Positions 40,865 through 50,755 of a stretch of DNA of 64,000 bases are shown piece by piece; position 1 is the stretch's first letter; every line of letters begins with the position of its first letter. The notes beneath the pieces were generated by a model. It worked only from the letters and a program-made list of their open reading frames with translations, was not told the DNA's origin and made no database searches. The DNA is taken from positions 1 through 64,000 of the forward strand of contig NIVC01002520.1 of assembly GCA_002269645.1 (NCBI GenBank). Reading direction: 5' to 3'. The position numbers and the translations under genes were made by a program. Source of the stretch: Macrostomum lignano (lineage: Eukaryota).

Positions 40865-43800
40865 ATGGCTTCTTCGAGAGACACTTCATCATCATCATCA
40901 GCAAGTGATCGGCCGCTTGAGTCTACCAATTTTGCTATCGAAATCGAACCAACCAGTGAGTCAATCCAATGTGATTAGTAAAGCCAGTAAAGTAGACTCT
41001 TCCCTCTATAAGTACAAGAAAAAGTAGTCATAAAACCCGATTCCTGATTCGCCGATTCACCGATTCCCGATTCACGGATTCACCGATTCCCGATTCACCG
41101 ATTCACCGATTCACCGATTCACTGATTCCCGATTCACCGATTCACTGATTCCCGATTCACCGATTCACCGATTCCCGATTCACCGATTCACCGATTCACT
41201 GATTCCCGATTCCTGATTCACTGATTAGCGATTCACCGATTCCCGATTCACGGATTCACCGATTCCCGATTCACCGATTCACCGATTCACCGATTCACTG
41301 ATTCCCGATTCACCGATTCACTGATTCCCGATTCACCGATTCACTGATTCCCGATTCACCGATTCACCGATTCACTGATTCCCGATTCCTGATTCACTGA
41401 TTAGCGATTCACCGATTCCCGATTCGCCGATTCCCGATTCACTGATTCCCGATTAACCAATTCCCGCACCATAATGAGGTGGAATTAGGAATATGATTTA
41501 TAAATTTTAACTGTCGAGTGAAACGCGTACATCCAACAACATGCTAATTCATGCAGGCATTCAATTCAGCTCGGCTATTCACGCTAGTGCGCATGATGAC
41601 ACGCTGCAGGTCAGACGCTTCACTCCAGCATCAAGAGATCTCGAGCCATTTCATTTTTTATCATCAACGAAGTTTGCAGTGCTACAGGCTGTTGAGATGA
41701 GATTCGATTCATCCGAGAATAATTCTATTCGAGCGCAGCTCAAGTTCAACATCAGAATGGTGAGAATCAAGGAAGCTGCGGTAATCAATGCAGAAGATAA
41801 GTGGATCGCATGCGGTCTTGAGCTTCTCTCTGATCTAAGAGATTTTGAATTGTGGTGGTTGCAGCAGTTTTCTGAGTTGGAACGCAAGATTGATGCCTAC
41901 AATTCAAATGGGAGCGGTTGGATAGTTGAGCAAATCAACTATTTTGATCTGTGCTCTGCCCTCACTGATCGCATTCGCTACTATCGTGGACGATGCGCGA
42001 ATTTTACTTTGCCCAATCAGCTGGCGGTTAAGAAGGCCATAATCAACCCACCGAGCGATGGAAACAATTGCTTTCTGTTTGCCTGTCTCGCTTACCTGCA
42101 CATCAGAGATCCTGGTGTGATGAAGTCTTGCCATCGACTAACAACTTACAGCAGATGGTTGGATGAAATCGATCTGAGCGGCATCGCACTACCAGTCGCA
42201 ATTTCCGATTTAGACGTTATAGAGGAAAATAATTCCGAAATCTGTTTCACAGTTTTTAGCTGGGAAGATGATGAGGCCTATGTCATTCGCCAGCCTCTTC
42301 CTGGGATTTGTGCCTCTCGCAAGGTTATTCCTCTACTCTTGCTTCGCAACTCCAGCACCGATGATGCTGATGATGATGGTGGTGGTGATGAGAATTGTGG
42401 GACTGGACACTGGTGTGCAGTTTCGAACCTGGACCGGCTCCTGAACAGCAAAAAAGGTCTGAGGAATCGCAAATGGTGTGAGAAGTGCATTTCTCCGTTT
42501 CGATCCCAGGAAGAGTTGGAGCAGCATCGAGACAGCTGCAATCCTCAACTGAAACCAGCCATTATGGAGCGCATGCCTGATGCAAGTAGCAACACAATGC
42601 AGTTCATGGCTTGGGAAAAGACAATCAGTCCCCCATTTGTTGTCTACGCAGATTTTGAAGCTCTGAACACCCCACGTGAACCAGTGGAGTCTGAAAGAGA
42701 AGTTACTGTCACCAAGTTAACTGAGCATGTACCTGTAGCTGCTGGCTACATTGTTATTCCAAGAGAGGGTATGAGCAGCAAAATTCTGAGGCCGAGTGAG
42801 GATGTTTTCCTCTGCAGCGGACCCAATCCGAATTCTGTCGTGAAACAGTTTTTGGCCTCACTCGAACGTCTTGCTCGTGAAGTTTATGGTTGGAATACCG
42901 AGTTTAGTCATCAGATTGCTGACAGAAACAGAGATGACAACAGGCGCAGCTTTCAAGATGCCCCACAGTGCTATTTATGCAATGCAGTGTTTATTTCATC
43001 TTCTGACAAGCACTGGGATCACGACCACCTCAGCGGTGAATACAAGGGTGCTGCCTGCGCTTCGTGTAACAAGCTTGCTCGGCTAAAACGGCGATTTTTG
43101 CCAATAGTTTTCCACAATCTTCGCGGATATGACCTGCATTTGATTTTCTCAACTGCGCTGGGTGACATGACTGGTTGGAGGGTGAGCGTCATCCCCCAAA
43201 CTGCCGAGTCGTACCTCTCCATGAGGGTCGAGTTCCAGATTGATGAGTATGAGAAAGATGGCGTAAAAAAGCCCCTGTTTTTCACGCTACAATTCATCGA
43301 CTCACTGCAATTCCTACACAGCAGTCTATCTCAACTTATTAAGAACTTGCCGGAGGACAACTGTCCCATCACTAATGCGATGCGATCAAAGTATCCAAAT
43401 CTTTCAAGCGATGTACTGTTTAGTAAGGGAGTTTTCCCTTATGATTATCTCTCGAATTTGAATGTGCTTGATGATCGCCAACTACCAAAAGTAGAAAGCT
43501 TTTTTAACCGACTCACCAACAGCCACTGTACCGAGGCGGAGTATCGGCATGCGCAGAAGGCCTGGACTGAATTCGAATCTACAACATTGCGCGATTACAT
43601 GCTCTGCTACTTGGAGCTGGACATCAGGCAACTAGCAGATATCTTTGAGGGTTTCGAAGGCTGAGTTTGCAGGAAGACAAGCTAGATCCGGTGCATTTTG
43701 TGTCAACTCCAGGCCTATCATTCGCTTCTGCACTAAAGTCTTCTCAAGTCAAGATCGAACTGCTAACTGACCTCGAGATGTATAAAATGTTTGAAAAGGA

Positions 43801-45294
43801 ATTCGGGGTGGAATGTCTTTTGTCAATGTACATCATGTCCAGAGCGAAAGTAGCGATGATGATAATGAACCAGCAGGTAGGAGTTTACTGGCTGTTGATG
43901 CTAATAATCTTTACGGTCATGCGCTCACAATGCCCCTACCTGTTGGTGGCTTTCGCTGGCTCAGTCAAGAGGAGCTCTGCTCATGGTCCGAGTGCCGCTT
44001 TCTTTCCCTGGATGATGACGCTCCAATCGGCTACCTTGTCGAAGCGGATTTGCTCTACCCAGCCGAAATCCACACGGCAACGGAGGATCTTCCATTCGCC
44101 CCAGAGAAAAGGTGTCCGAATTTTGAAGAATTTCCGCAGTACATGCGAGAATTATGGGTACTGCTTCAACATGACAATGATCATTCTCAGCATCATCAGC
44201 AGCAGCAGCCCGACGCGAACACGACTGAGAATCCTACCGTTGCGCGCTACCGTGGAGTACAAAAATTAATGCTCACATGCCACAACAAGTTTTCCTATGT
44301 ACTGCACTCGTCTGCTCTCCGATTCTATCTATCGCACGGAATGAAGTTGCATGGGCTCCACAGGATGATCGAATTCAGGCAAGAACCTGTCTTCGCGGAC
44401 TACATTAAGATGAATAGCGAGAAGCGCTCTATGGCGAAAAATGATTTCGAGAAGGATTTCTATAAACTGAAAAATAACTCCCTGTTTGGCAAAACAATGG
44501 AGAACGTGCGCAAGCGGCGGGACATCAGAGTGTGCAGTGACAAGAAAAAAGCCAAGACTGTTTCTTCTCAACCAAATGTCGCATCATTCACAATCATTAC
44601 GCCGTCACTCAGCATCTTTGAGCTTCAAAAGCGCGAAGTAACTCTTGATCGCCAATTTTCATGGGGCAGTGTGTTCTAGATCGCTCCAAGATCATCATGT
44701 ATCGACTTTACTATGACAAAATAAAACCCATGCTAGAATTCCGTGATGGAGCAAGAGTTCGAGTTTGCGGTGGCGATACAGACTCGTTGTTTTTGAGCTT
44801 AGAGAACCTTAGTTTGCAGAGAGAAGTGCTGCCAATCCTGCATGCCGAAGGCCTCTTGGACACCTCCAATTTTCACTAATCATCCTCTCTTCTCGAATCG
44901 GCTAAAGGCCAAGCTAGGCTGCATTAAAGATGAAGCTGGTGGACTGCAACAGATTGAGTGGGTGCTGCTAAGGCCCAAGCTCTATTCTTTCCTCGCTGAA
45001 AGCTCGGCGGCATGCAAAGCAAAAGCAAAAGGCATCCAACGAAGCGTGCTGAAGAATGAAGTCTCCCACGACGACTACGTCAAGATTTTCAAGGGGGCTT
45101 CAAAGCTGTCGCTCACTGTTCGTCGAATTGGAAGTGAGAAACATCGCGTTTTCACCATTGAGCAACGTAAGCTCGCTCTCAGTATCTGGGAGGACAAGCG
45201 AGCGTGGACTGGCTCGAATTCAAGTCTTCCGTTCGGCCACTTTCAGCTGTTAATCAGGGGTAGTCCGAAAAGGACAGCGGACTGCTTAGAGTGA
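40865..45294 (+). CDS. polB: Protein-primed family B DNA polymerase (pPolB); putative 5' exon 40865-40955, main exon 41557-45294; four frameshifts
   Basis: GSGW and KKAIIN..D.NCF N-terminal region, ExoI YADFE, endonuclease-VII-like CYLC...HWDHDHLSGEYKGAACASCN, ExoII FHNLRGYD, KGVFPYDY, DANNLYG, KLKNNSLFGKTMEN, GDTDS, KLYS, KAKGI. Frame breaks at about 43653, 43795, 44652 and 44874. Confidence 0.93.
41036..41460. repeat. Tandem array of 7/8-bp GATTC-core units (GATTCCC / GATTCACC / GATTCACT)
   Basis: Read directly; a higher-order duplication of about 176 bp is marked by TTAGCG at 41225 and 41401. Confidence 0.95.
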
Positions 45295-45386
45295 TGCTTT
45301 GCACATCTGTGTAACCTTGGCGTTGAAATTTATTGACTTTTACTTATGTACTCCATGAATTGTTTCAGTGGTTTAATTAATCTGAA

Positions 45387-45465
45387 TGATGATGATGATG
45401 ATAATGATGGATGATGATGATAATGATGGATGATGATGATAATGATGGATGATGATGATAATGAC
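45387..45465. repeat. (GAT)n-type repeat in the convergent spacer of the Maverick
   Basis: GATGATGATGATAATGATG units. Confidence 0.85.
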
Positions 45466-46049
45466 AATGCTGGAACGAATAGAGCCAATTCAGTTAGTTA
45501 CATATTTGTAGTCTCTAAGCAACTAACTGAACGTAACATTTTCGAGTTGAGTTGTTCCAGATTTATTTCAATACGAACTTGTGAAAGCCATGTTGGAATA
45601 ATTTGCGGCATATTGGTCTGGCTTTCCCCTTTTTTATTATCCTTGAATTTTTGCACAATTGAATGAACTGAGTTACTGTCCTTTTTTATCTTTGCTAGCT
45701 TTGCTACTCATATTTTTTGTAACCATTATCCAATGATTATCTGAAAAATATTGGCTTCCTTTTTCATTTCTGCTAGTTCTTGTTCGTTTTTATTTGTCTT
45801 AGCAGTGCATAATCTGAGTGATGGGTGTGCTTTTTTTCTTGAGTTGGTTGTGGTCTGATTAAATTTTCTATACTCAAACTAATATTGCGATTTCAGTTAT
45901 GAAAATAAAGAAAAAGTCGATCGAAGTCTGATTTTCAGGTATATTGATTAAAATGCACGCATCTTAATACGTGGTATATGCATGCAAGATTATTATATTT
46001 TTGTTCAGCTGTCGTCTTTTTATTTAATTGTTGAAACATATGGTTATTA

Positions 46050-46613
46050 TTAGCACAGAAAACGGACAAGCAAGGAAAAGTCGGAAATTAGCATGCTCAT
46101 TGTTTTTGCACCACTGAGAACGAATGAGCCATTGTGAAAAAGCAGGCATTTGCAGAAGCTTAGTTTGCAGATTAAAGCAGAAAATGATTCTGGCTCATAT
46201 TGAGCATTTGGTAAAGTGTTCACAAGATTAGCGAGGGGAAGTGCTCTGCACAAGTCAATTTTCCCATGCGCAGTAATAGTTTTAATCCGCACATGCACAG
46301 TTTGATGAGGCAGCAGTTGAGCAGGCACTCTGCGATGCAGCATAGCCACGAAGCGACGAGCGGCCCTGACTGAGGCCGAGTAGCTCCGGGCGCCACAGAT
46401 ACTCAGTTGTCCAGTCGGATAGAGCAATAGAGTCACTCTGGGACTCCGCATCCTCTTGATAAGCACTCGGGGCCAGACGGGGCGATAGATGACATGAGCC
46501 ATGCTGAGAGCCAGTTCCCGCAGAGGCAACTGGGCACCCCTGTCTCCAGCAAGTCTCAGATCCACGCCGCCGACCAGATTGGTCACTCGCAGGGCTGTCG
46601 CAGGTGTACTCAT
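46050..46613 (-). CDS. TATA-binding-protein (TBP/TFIID)-like protein encoded by the Maverick (187 aa)
   Basis: Two TBP repeats: LRVTNLVGGVDL...YRPVWPRVLIKRMRSPRVTLLLYPTGQLSICGARS and IKTITAHGKI...QYEPESFSALICKL...LLFHNGSFVLSGAK. AATAAA at 46018-46023 (minus strand) follows the stop. Confidence 0.85.
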   Translation of the reverse strand: MSTPATALRVTNLVGGVDLRLAGDRGAQLPLRELALSMAHVIYRPVWPRVLIKRMRSPRVTLLLYPTGQLSICGARSYSASVRAARRFVAMLHRRVPAQLLPHQTVHVRIKTITAHGKIDLCRALPLANLVNTLPNAQYEPESFSALICKLSFCKCLLFHNGSFVLSGAKTMSMLISDFSLLVRFLC

Positions 46614-46630
46614 TTAGAGAGTCCTTTCTG

Positions 46631-47127
46631 TCAGTGGTGCTGTCTTTGCGAGCTTTTGAGTGGTGCGGGCACACCTCGCTTCTTAAGTTGATACAGAACT
46701 TCGGTTTCAGCCAGTTGTAGTACAGTAATACATTTTTCACTGCACAACCAGTATCAGATGCTTGAATCAAAGGTGATCCCAGATCCTCTAGGTTGTACAC
46801 CTGTCTGCCAAGCAGCTCAGTCAGAAAGATGGACTTTTTCACCCCGCTTGTCCAGGTGGGACCGTAAGCAATGTTTAGAATGTCATTAGCCAAATGCATG
46901 TACGGTCGGGATCCATCTGTCCACTTGAAATGATGCAAATTCTTTGAGAGCTTTCTGTAATGTACTTGCATCTCAGGTGAGATTCTGTCCCATGAGAACG
47001 GAGAGGCGTACACGTGATGAGTGATATGGTAACTGCCAGCCCGGACTTGGGCAATGGCCAGCTCCTTCACAACGAAATCTCTGCTCGATCTCTCGCGTGG
47101 GAAGCCTTGGAAGTCAATATAGTTCAT
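46631..47127 (-). CDS. Maverick DxQGF...KELA protein, predicted 3'-5' exonuclease-like fold
   Basis: MNYIDFQGF...VVKELA...HHFKWTDG...VYNLEDLG...CAVKNV pattern. As assembled the ORF runs to 46282; the end given assumes one missing base. Confidence 0.55.
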
Positions 47128-47139
47128 GATCGGATGGTT

Positions 47140-47862
47140 TCAAGACGCAAGATGTCGGGAAGCCGACTCAGTTCCCCTTCTTAAATAGTTTTTTTTCCTG
47201 CTCAGGTGTAGCCAGGCTCTCCCACTCCCGAATCCCTTAACTGTATGATGTGCAGGGGTGGCCTCTGGAGAAACAGCCGGTTTAGAAATTAGCTGCCTTA
47301 CTGACTTTCCTATAGCCGAAGCTGGGATGTTAAGCTTTTTGTCTTGAAGCAATGAGACAAACTCACTCCAGCCTACCGGCTCGCTGGCACATTTCGAATC
47401 CCTCACCGCACTGTGAAACAAATCCAGGATGTTTGAGGAGGGTATTGTCTTCCCAGAAATTTGCGCCTCGCCATTTTCGGACACCTGAATCAGAGAGGGA
47501 TTGCCAGATAGGATGGCCCATAGACTGCGGGCTCTCGCTTTAAACTTCTGCGGCACGGATTGGGTGATCTTTTCCCCCCAGCTGCTTGGTGCAATATCTG
47601 TTTTCAGCATCTTTGCATCACTCGCAGGTACCGCACCATCCTTTCCAGTCCGCTTGCGCTTGACCAGCAAACTCTTCATCGCATCATGGTACATGGCAGC
47701 TTTCACATCGTCTGGGCAATCCTCGGCAAGCAAAATATCATTGCATTTCCTCTGCGCATATCTCACAGCAGTGTCCATTTCAGACTCGACTGGCTTCAAA
47801 TTCTGTGTGAGCATGTCGTACTCTGACTTGGGGATCAGAACCATTTCTGAGAACTTATTCAT
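47140..47862 (-). CDS. Conserved Maverick protein (PW-like), 240 aa
   Basis: EMVLIP, VPQKFKARARSL, GE..ISGKTIPSSNILDL, EPVGWSEF...NIPASAIG pattern typical of this Maverick family. Confidence 0.75.
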   Translation of the reverse strand: MNKFSEMVLIPKSEYDMLTQNLKPVESEMDTAVRYAQRKCNDILLAEDCPDDVKAAMYHDAMKSLLVKRKRTGKDGAVPASDAKMLKTDIAPSSWGEKITQSVPQKFKARARSLWAILSGNPSLIQVSENGEAQISGKTIPSSNILDLFHSAVRDSKCASEPVGWSEFVSLLQDKKLNIPASAIGKSVRQLISKPAVSPEATPAHHTVKGFGSGRAWLHLSRKKNYLRRGTESASRHLAS

Positions 47863-48172
47863 TTTGCTTCTTTTTCTTCACTAGCTTTATTAGAATGTAG
47901 AGAATTTTGATAAAACCCGTATTTAGCAGATCCGCAGTTCTTCTATGTGTAGAAATTTTGCGGATTATTTGCTTTTGCTTCACCAGCGCTGCCTTTTCAG
48001 TGAGTGAGAACGACAAAGTGTTTTGCAATAGGTTGTAGCAGGCCTCAATGAGAAATTCACGTACGGCTTTTGGACCCGCTCTGATCAACAGACGTTTAAA
48101 GCTGATGGAATATTTCGGTGACGCGAGAACATCAAACAAACTTTCATGTGAGTCGAATGTTTCCATTATCAT
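47855..48172 (-). CDS. Small conserved Maverick basic/amphipathic protein (105 aa)
   Basis: LLIRA...FLIEACYNLL...KQKQIIRKI pattern; overlaps the next start by 8 nt. Confidence 0.65.
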   Translation of the reverse strand: MIMETFDSHESLFDVLASPKYSISFKRLLIRAGPKAVREFLIEACYNLLQNTLSFSLTEKAALVKQKQIIRKISTHRRTADLLNTGFIKILYILIKLVKKKKQNE

Positions 48173-48219
48173 TAGTGTTGCAGAATATAGAGCAAATGGC
48201 GAAATCTCGGCTGTTATTC

Positions 48220-48873
48220 TTAAGTGTAAACAAGGTGGGGTCGCTGATTGGGCAGGATTCGAGCCCGGACGCGCAGCTCATCAGGGGTGGAAGGGTGAAA
48301 ATCCAGGAGCAGGTAGGCTCCCCTGCCGTGCGATGTCACGTGCTTGAACACTGACAGCAGAAATCCGGGCTTCTCAGCAAAGCACTGCCTGCCCAGCGCT
48401 GCAATCTGCAGCTGGTCTCTGGGGTTCTTCATGATCACAAAGTACATCGCATTCAGACTCATTGTTCGCAACTCCTTCCCTTTAAAAAATACATTTTGGG
48501 TGAGCATAACCAGAAAGCAGGGCAAATGATGGGCAATTCCAGTGAAAACATTTCGCATTGCAGCAGAATTGGAAGTTTCTTCAATCAGGTCATCAAATAC
48601 AACCAGGTCATTGGGTCTCAGTGCGGTCTCGATACTGCTGGGAAATCCCTGCTGCAGGTGCACGCCGAGACTGCTGAGCTCAGAGTGTGCTGCTTGTGAA
48701 ATCCCGTAGTACCACAGAACTCTCCCAGGCTTCACATCAAACATTACATCCTTGTATTGTATCAGATGTTTCACGAAGGTTGTCTTTCCTGCATTTGTAG
48801 GCCCGCTGACAATCATGCAGCTTCCCTGTCGCAGGCGCACATCATAACAGTTTATCCGCTCACGTGTTTCCAT
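48220..48873 (-). CDS. FtsK/A32-like DNA packaging ATPase (217 aa)
   Basis: Walker A GPTNAGKT, Walker B LVVFDD, LTQN, PRD..QI..LGRQ, YLLLDF; uninterrupted. Confidence 0.93.
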   Translation of the reverse strand: METRERINCYDVRLRQGSCMIVSGPTNAGKTTFVKHLIQYKDVMFDVKPGRVLWYYGISQAAHSELSSLGVHLQQGFPSSIETALRPNDLVVFDDLIEETSNSAAMRNVFTGIAHHLPCFLVMLTQNVFFKGKELRTMSLNAMYFVIMKNPRDQLQIAALGRQCFAEKPGFLLSVFKHVTSHGRGAYLLLDFHPSTPDELRVRARILPNQRPHLVYT

Positions 48874-48899
48874 TGCCTGTTGAGCTAAATTCTTGATTT

Positions 48900-49424
48900 T
48901 TAAAATCTAATTAAATTTCTTTTTCTTAAGCAACTCTCAAACCTTTGCAGCATTCTCTCATTCAAGTGGCTCTGCTGATTTGCATGGAGGTGCCGCAGAA
49001 CCCACTCAAACGAGCGCTTGAAACGAAACTTTTGATAGGCAAACAAGAGACAGAACAAACCGCATTTAGCAGAGTCACAGCTCTGAATTCGATTCACATT
49101 GCTACGTAAGTAGAATGGAGAATACCAAAAGGATTTCAGTGCTCTGTGAATGATCTCTAAAGTGCTGGAGTCCCAGCCCAGAGAGTTAAAGAGTTCTATG
49201 GAATTCTCCTTATCAGCATAACAAACCACCCAGTGACCGAAGGATGAGCTGTACTGAAGCAGAAAGAAAATAAACTTACATCGAGATAAATTTCTTTTGA
49301 GAGTTGCTCGCTGAATAAAGTTTAAAGCATAAGATGTTTTATTTATTGAATTCAAGACAATAATTAAACAGTTATTTTGTGGCAAAAAGCTTTTAGCCAG
49401 TTGAGGCAGTTGAAAAGCATCCAT
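48900..49424 (-). CDS. Adenain-like (C5) maturation cysteine protease (174 aa)
   Basis: GHWV, FNSLG (usually F/YDSxG), IQSCDSAKCGLFC. Confidence 0.88.
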   Translation of the reverse strand: MDAFQLPQLAKSFLPQNNCLIIVLNSINKTSYALNFIQRATLKRNLSRCKFIFFLLQYSSSFGHWVVCYADKENSIELFNSLGWDSSTLEIIHRALKSFWYSPFYLRSNVNRIQSCDSAKCGLFCLLFAYQKFRFKRSFEWVLRHLHANQQSHLNERMLQRFESCLRKRNLIRF

Positions 49425-49447
49425 ATTAGCGTTGCGCCAGCGTACTC

Positions 49448-49588
49448 CTAGGATGGAAAATCTAACAGAATCTCCCTGTGCTTGGTGACCTCAATCAGTG
49501 AGTCATACAGGCACATAACAATCAGAGATACAGGCTCCTCCAGGGCCTGTCGGAAGCGAATCTCCAGCCGCAAATTGCCCTCCTTCTG
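49448..49588 (-). pseudogene. Major capsid protein (double jelly-roll/hexon) C-terminal remnant, 46 codons
   Basis: A frame not in the ORF track reads QKEGNLRLEIRFRQALEEPVSLIVMCLYDSLIEVTKHREILLDFPS*, matching the Maverick MCP end pattern G.LRLE..F..AL...V..IV......IE....R....D. The stop lies 24 nt before the protease ATG. Confidence 0.85.
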
Positions 49589-49919
49589 TCCTAGACCTCC
49601 CTTTCTTAGGTTTATTTCGCCCTGACTGGCTTCTTTTCGGTGATTTCTCCGTCTTACTCTTTTTCTTCTTTTTTGTCTGCTTCTTACTGCCCTGTTTGAC
49701 TAGTCGCTGCTTTGGTCTGTTTCTATTGCTTCTGCTGTTGCTGCTGCTACCGCTGGCGGTGGTATGGGCTGGCTTTGATAGCGATATTGACTTTGTGGAA
49801 GCTTCTGGAGGAGGCTGGTAAGTCATGATTCCTGGAAAACTCCCACAGCCATAGAGCGCCGGCTTTTGGCTTCCTGCCAGAGTCCCTGAATACTGACGAA
49901 TCAGCTGTTGGTAGTTCAT
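49503..49919 (-). CDS. Basic core-like (pVII-like) protein, 3' end truncated/fused at the deletion
   Basis: Y...Q...LYGCG N-terminus containing an adenain consensus (L)xGx-G, then a Lys/Arg-rich tract. The ATG overlaps the minor capsid TGA (ATGA). The last ~30 codons are MCP sequence read out of frame. Confidence 0.6.
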   Translation of the reverse strand: MNYQQLIRQYSGTLAGSQKPALYGCGSFPGIMTYQPPPEASTKSISLSKPAHTTASGSSSNSRSNRNRPKQRLVKQGSKKQTKKKKKSKTEKSPKRSQSGRNKPKKGRSRTEGGQFAAGDSLPTGPGGACISDCYVPV

Positions 49920-50743
49920 TGTATTAGCCTTTCCCGAATATGAACTGTGAGCAGAACAGGGCTGCTGCTCCGAGCAGTCAGTGAGTAGCCAAAGATGTCA
50001 CGCAGTTGAAATCTAATGCCATGTAGAAAATTAGCTTTCTGAATCGGGAAGAAAATTGCTTTCTTAAACACTTTGCTCATGTAGCTGCCCCATTCGACAT
50101 CGGATGACATGCTCACAGTTCGCAGCACGGAGTTCCAGTTACAGTTTGTTCGCTCCACAATGCTGCAGTGCAAGTTGATCAGGTTGGTGGGCGGACAACC
50201 GATGCAGCAGAGTGACACTTGCCGTCCGGGTGGGATCTTCACAGGCTGGTTTCCGAATCCCAGCCACTGCAGAATTTTACTTGATGGAAGGAACAATTCT
50301 GCTCGAGCCGTGTTGTTGAGCACTACCGTTCTCAACTCTTGGATTTCAAACTTTATGCCAATATCTTTAGCGCTGCTCCGCCCCATTAAACCGGACTCAT
50401 CAGCTTCCATTTCAGACTCCCTTTCGCTCATTGCATCGAAGAACAGTGACTCAGAGTTGGCCAGCAGCTCATTCAGGCGTTCCACCAGTTCCTCCACTCT
50501 AGCAAAGCGTCCGGGTTGAAGAACCAGGGCCTCATGCTCTCTTCCATCTGAGACAGTGAAGCAGTAAGGCTCGTCAACATTGAACCATGCAGCAGGCAGA
50601 TGGATTTCAGCCAGACCTGCCTCATAGTCCACATTTCGATCCAAGTAAATAGATGAAGGCAGGTGAAAATGAAAGTCACTAGGAGTACCTTCAGCATTTT
50701 CGCTACAAATGATGATGCTTCTCATAGTTGGGAATGGCTGCAC
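49916..50743 (-). CDS. Minor capsid protein (penton, single jelly-roll; 275 aa)
   Basis: F.FHLPSSIYL...YEAGLAEIHLPAAWFN and C-terminal FFPI...IRFQLRDIFG...VLLTVHIR. Confidence 0.85.
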   Translation of the reverse strand: MQPFPTMRSIIICSENAEGTPSDFHFHLPSSIYLDRNVDYEAGLAEIHLPAAWFNVDEPYCFTVSDGREHEALVLQPGRFARVEELVERLNELLANSESLFFDAMSERESEMEADESGLMGRSSAKDIGIKFEIQELRTVVLNNTARAELFLPSSKILQWLGFGNQPVKIPPGRQVSLCCIGCPPTNLINLHCSIVERTNCNWNSVLRTVSMSSDVEWGSYMSKVFKKAIFFPIQKANFLHGIRFQLRDIFGYSLTARSSSPVLLTVHIRERLIQ

Positions 50744-50755
50744 AATGTCGGTATC

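Noticed and set aside
41036-41460. GATTC array as a CRISPR-like array, or related to the 21-bp satellite (which contains GATTCGG)
   Set aside because: No unique spacers, eukaryotic context, and the shared core is only 5 bp.
46282-46613. 332-nt overlap between the DxQGF ORF and the TBP-like ORF
   Set aside because: Restoring one base in the preceding ~100 nt ends the upstream ORF at TGA 46631-46633, just before the TBP ATG; this fits the window-wide indel pattern better than a true dual-coding region.
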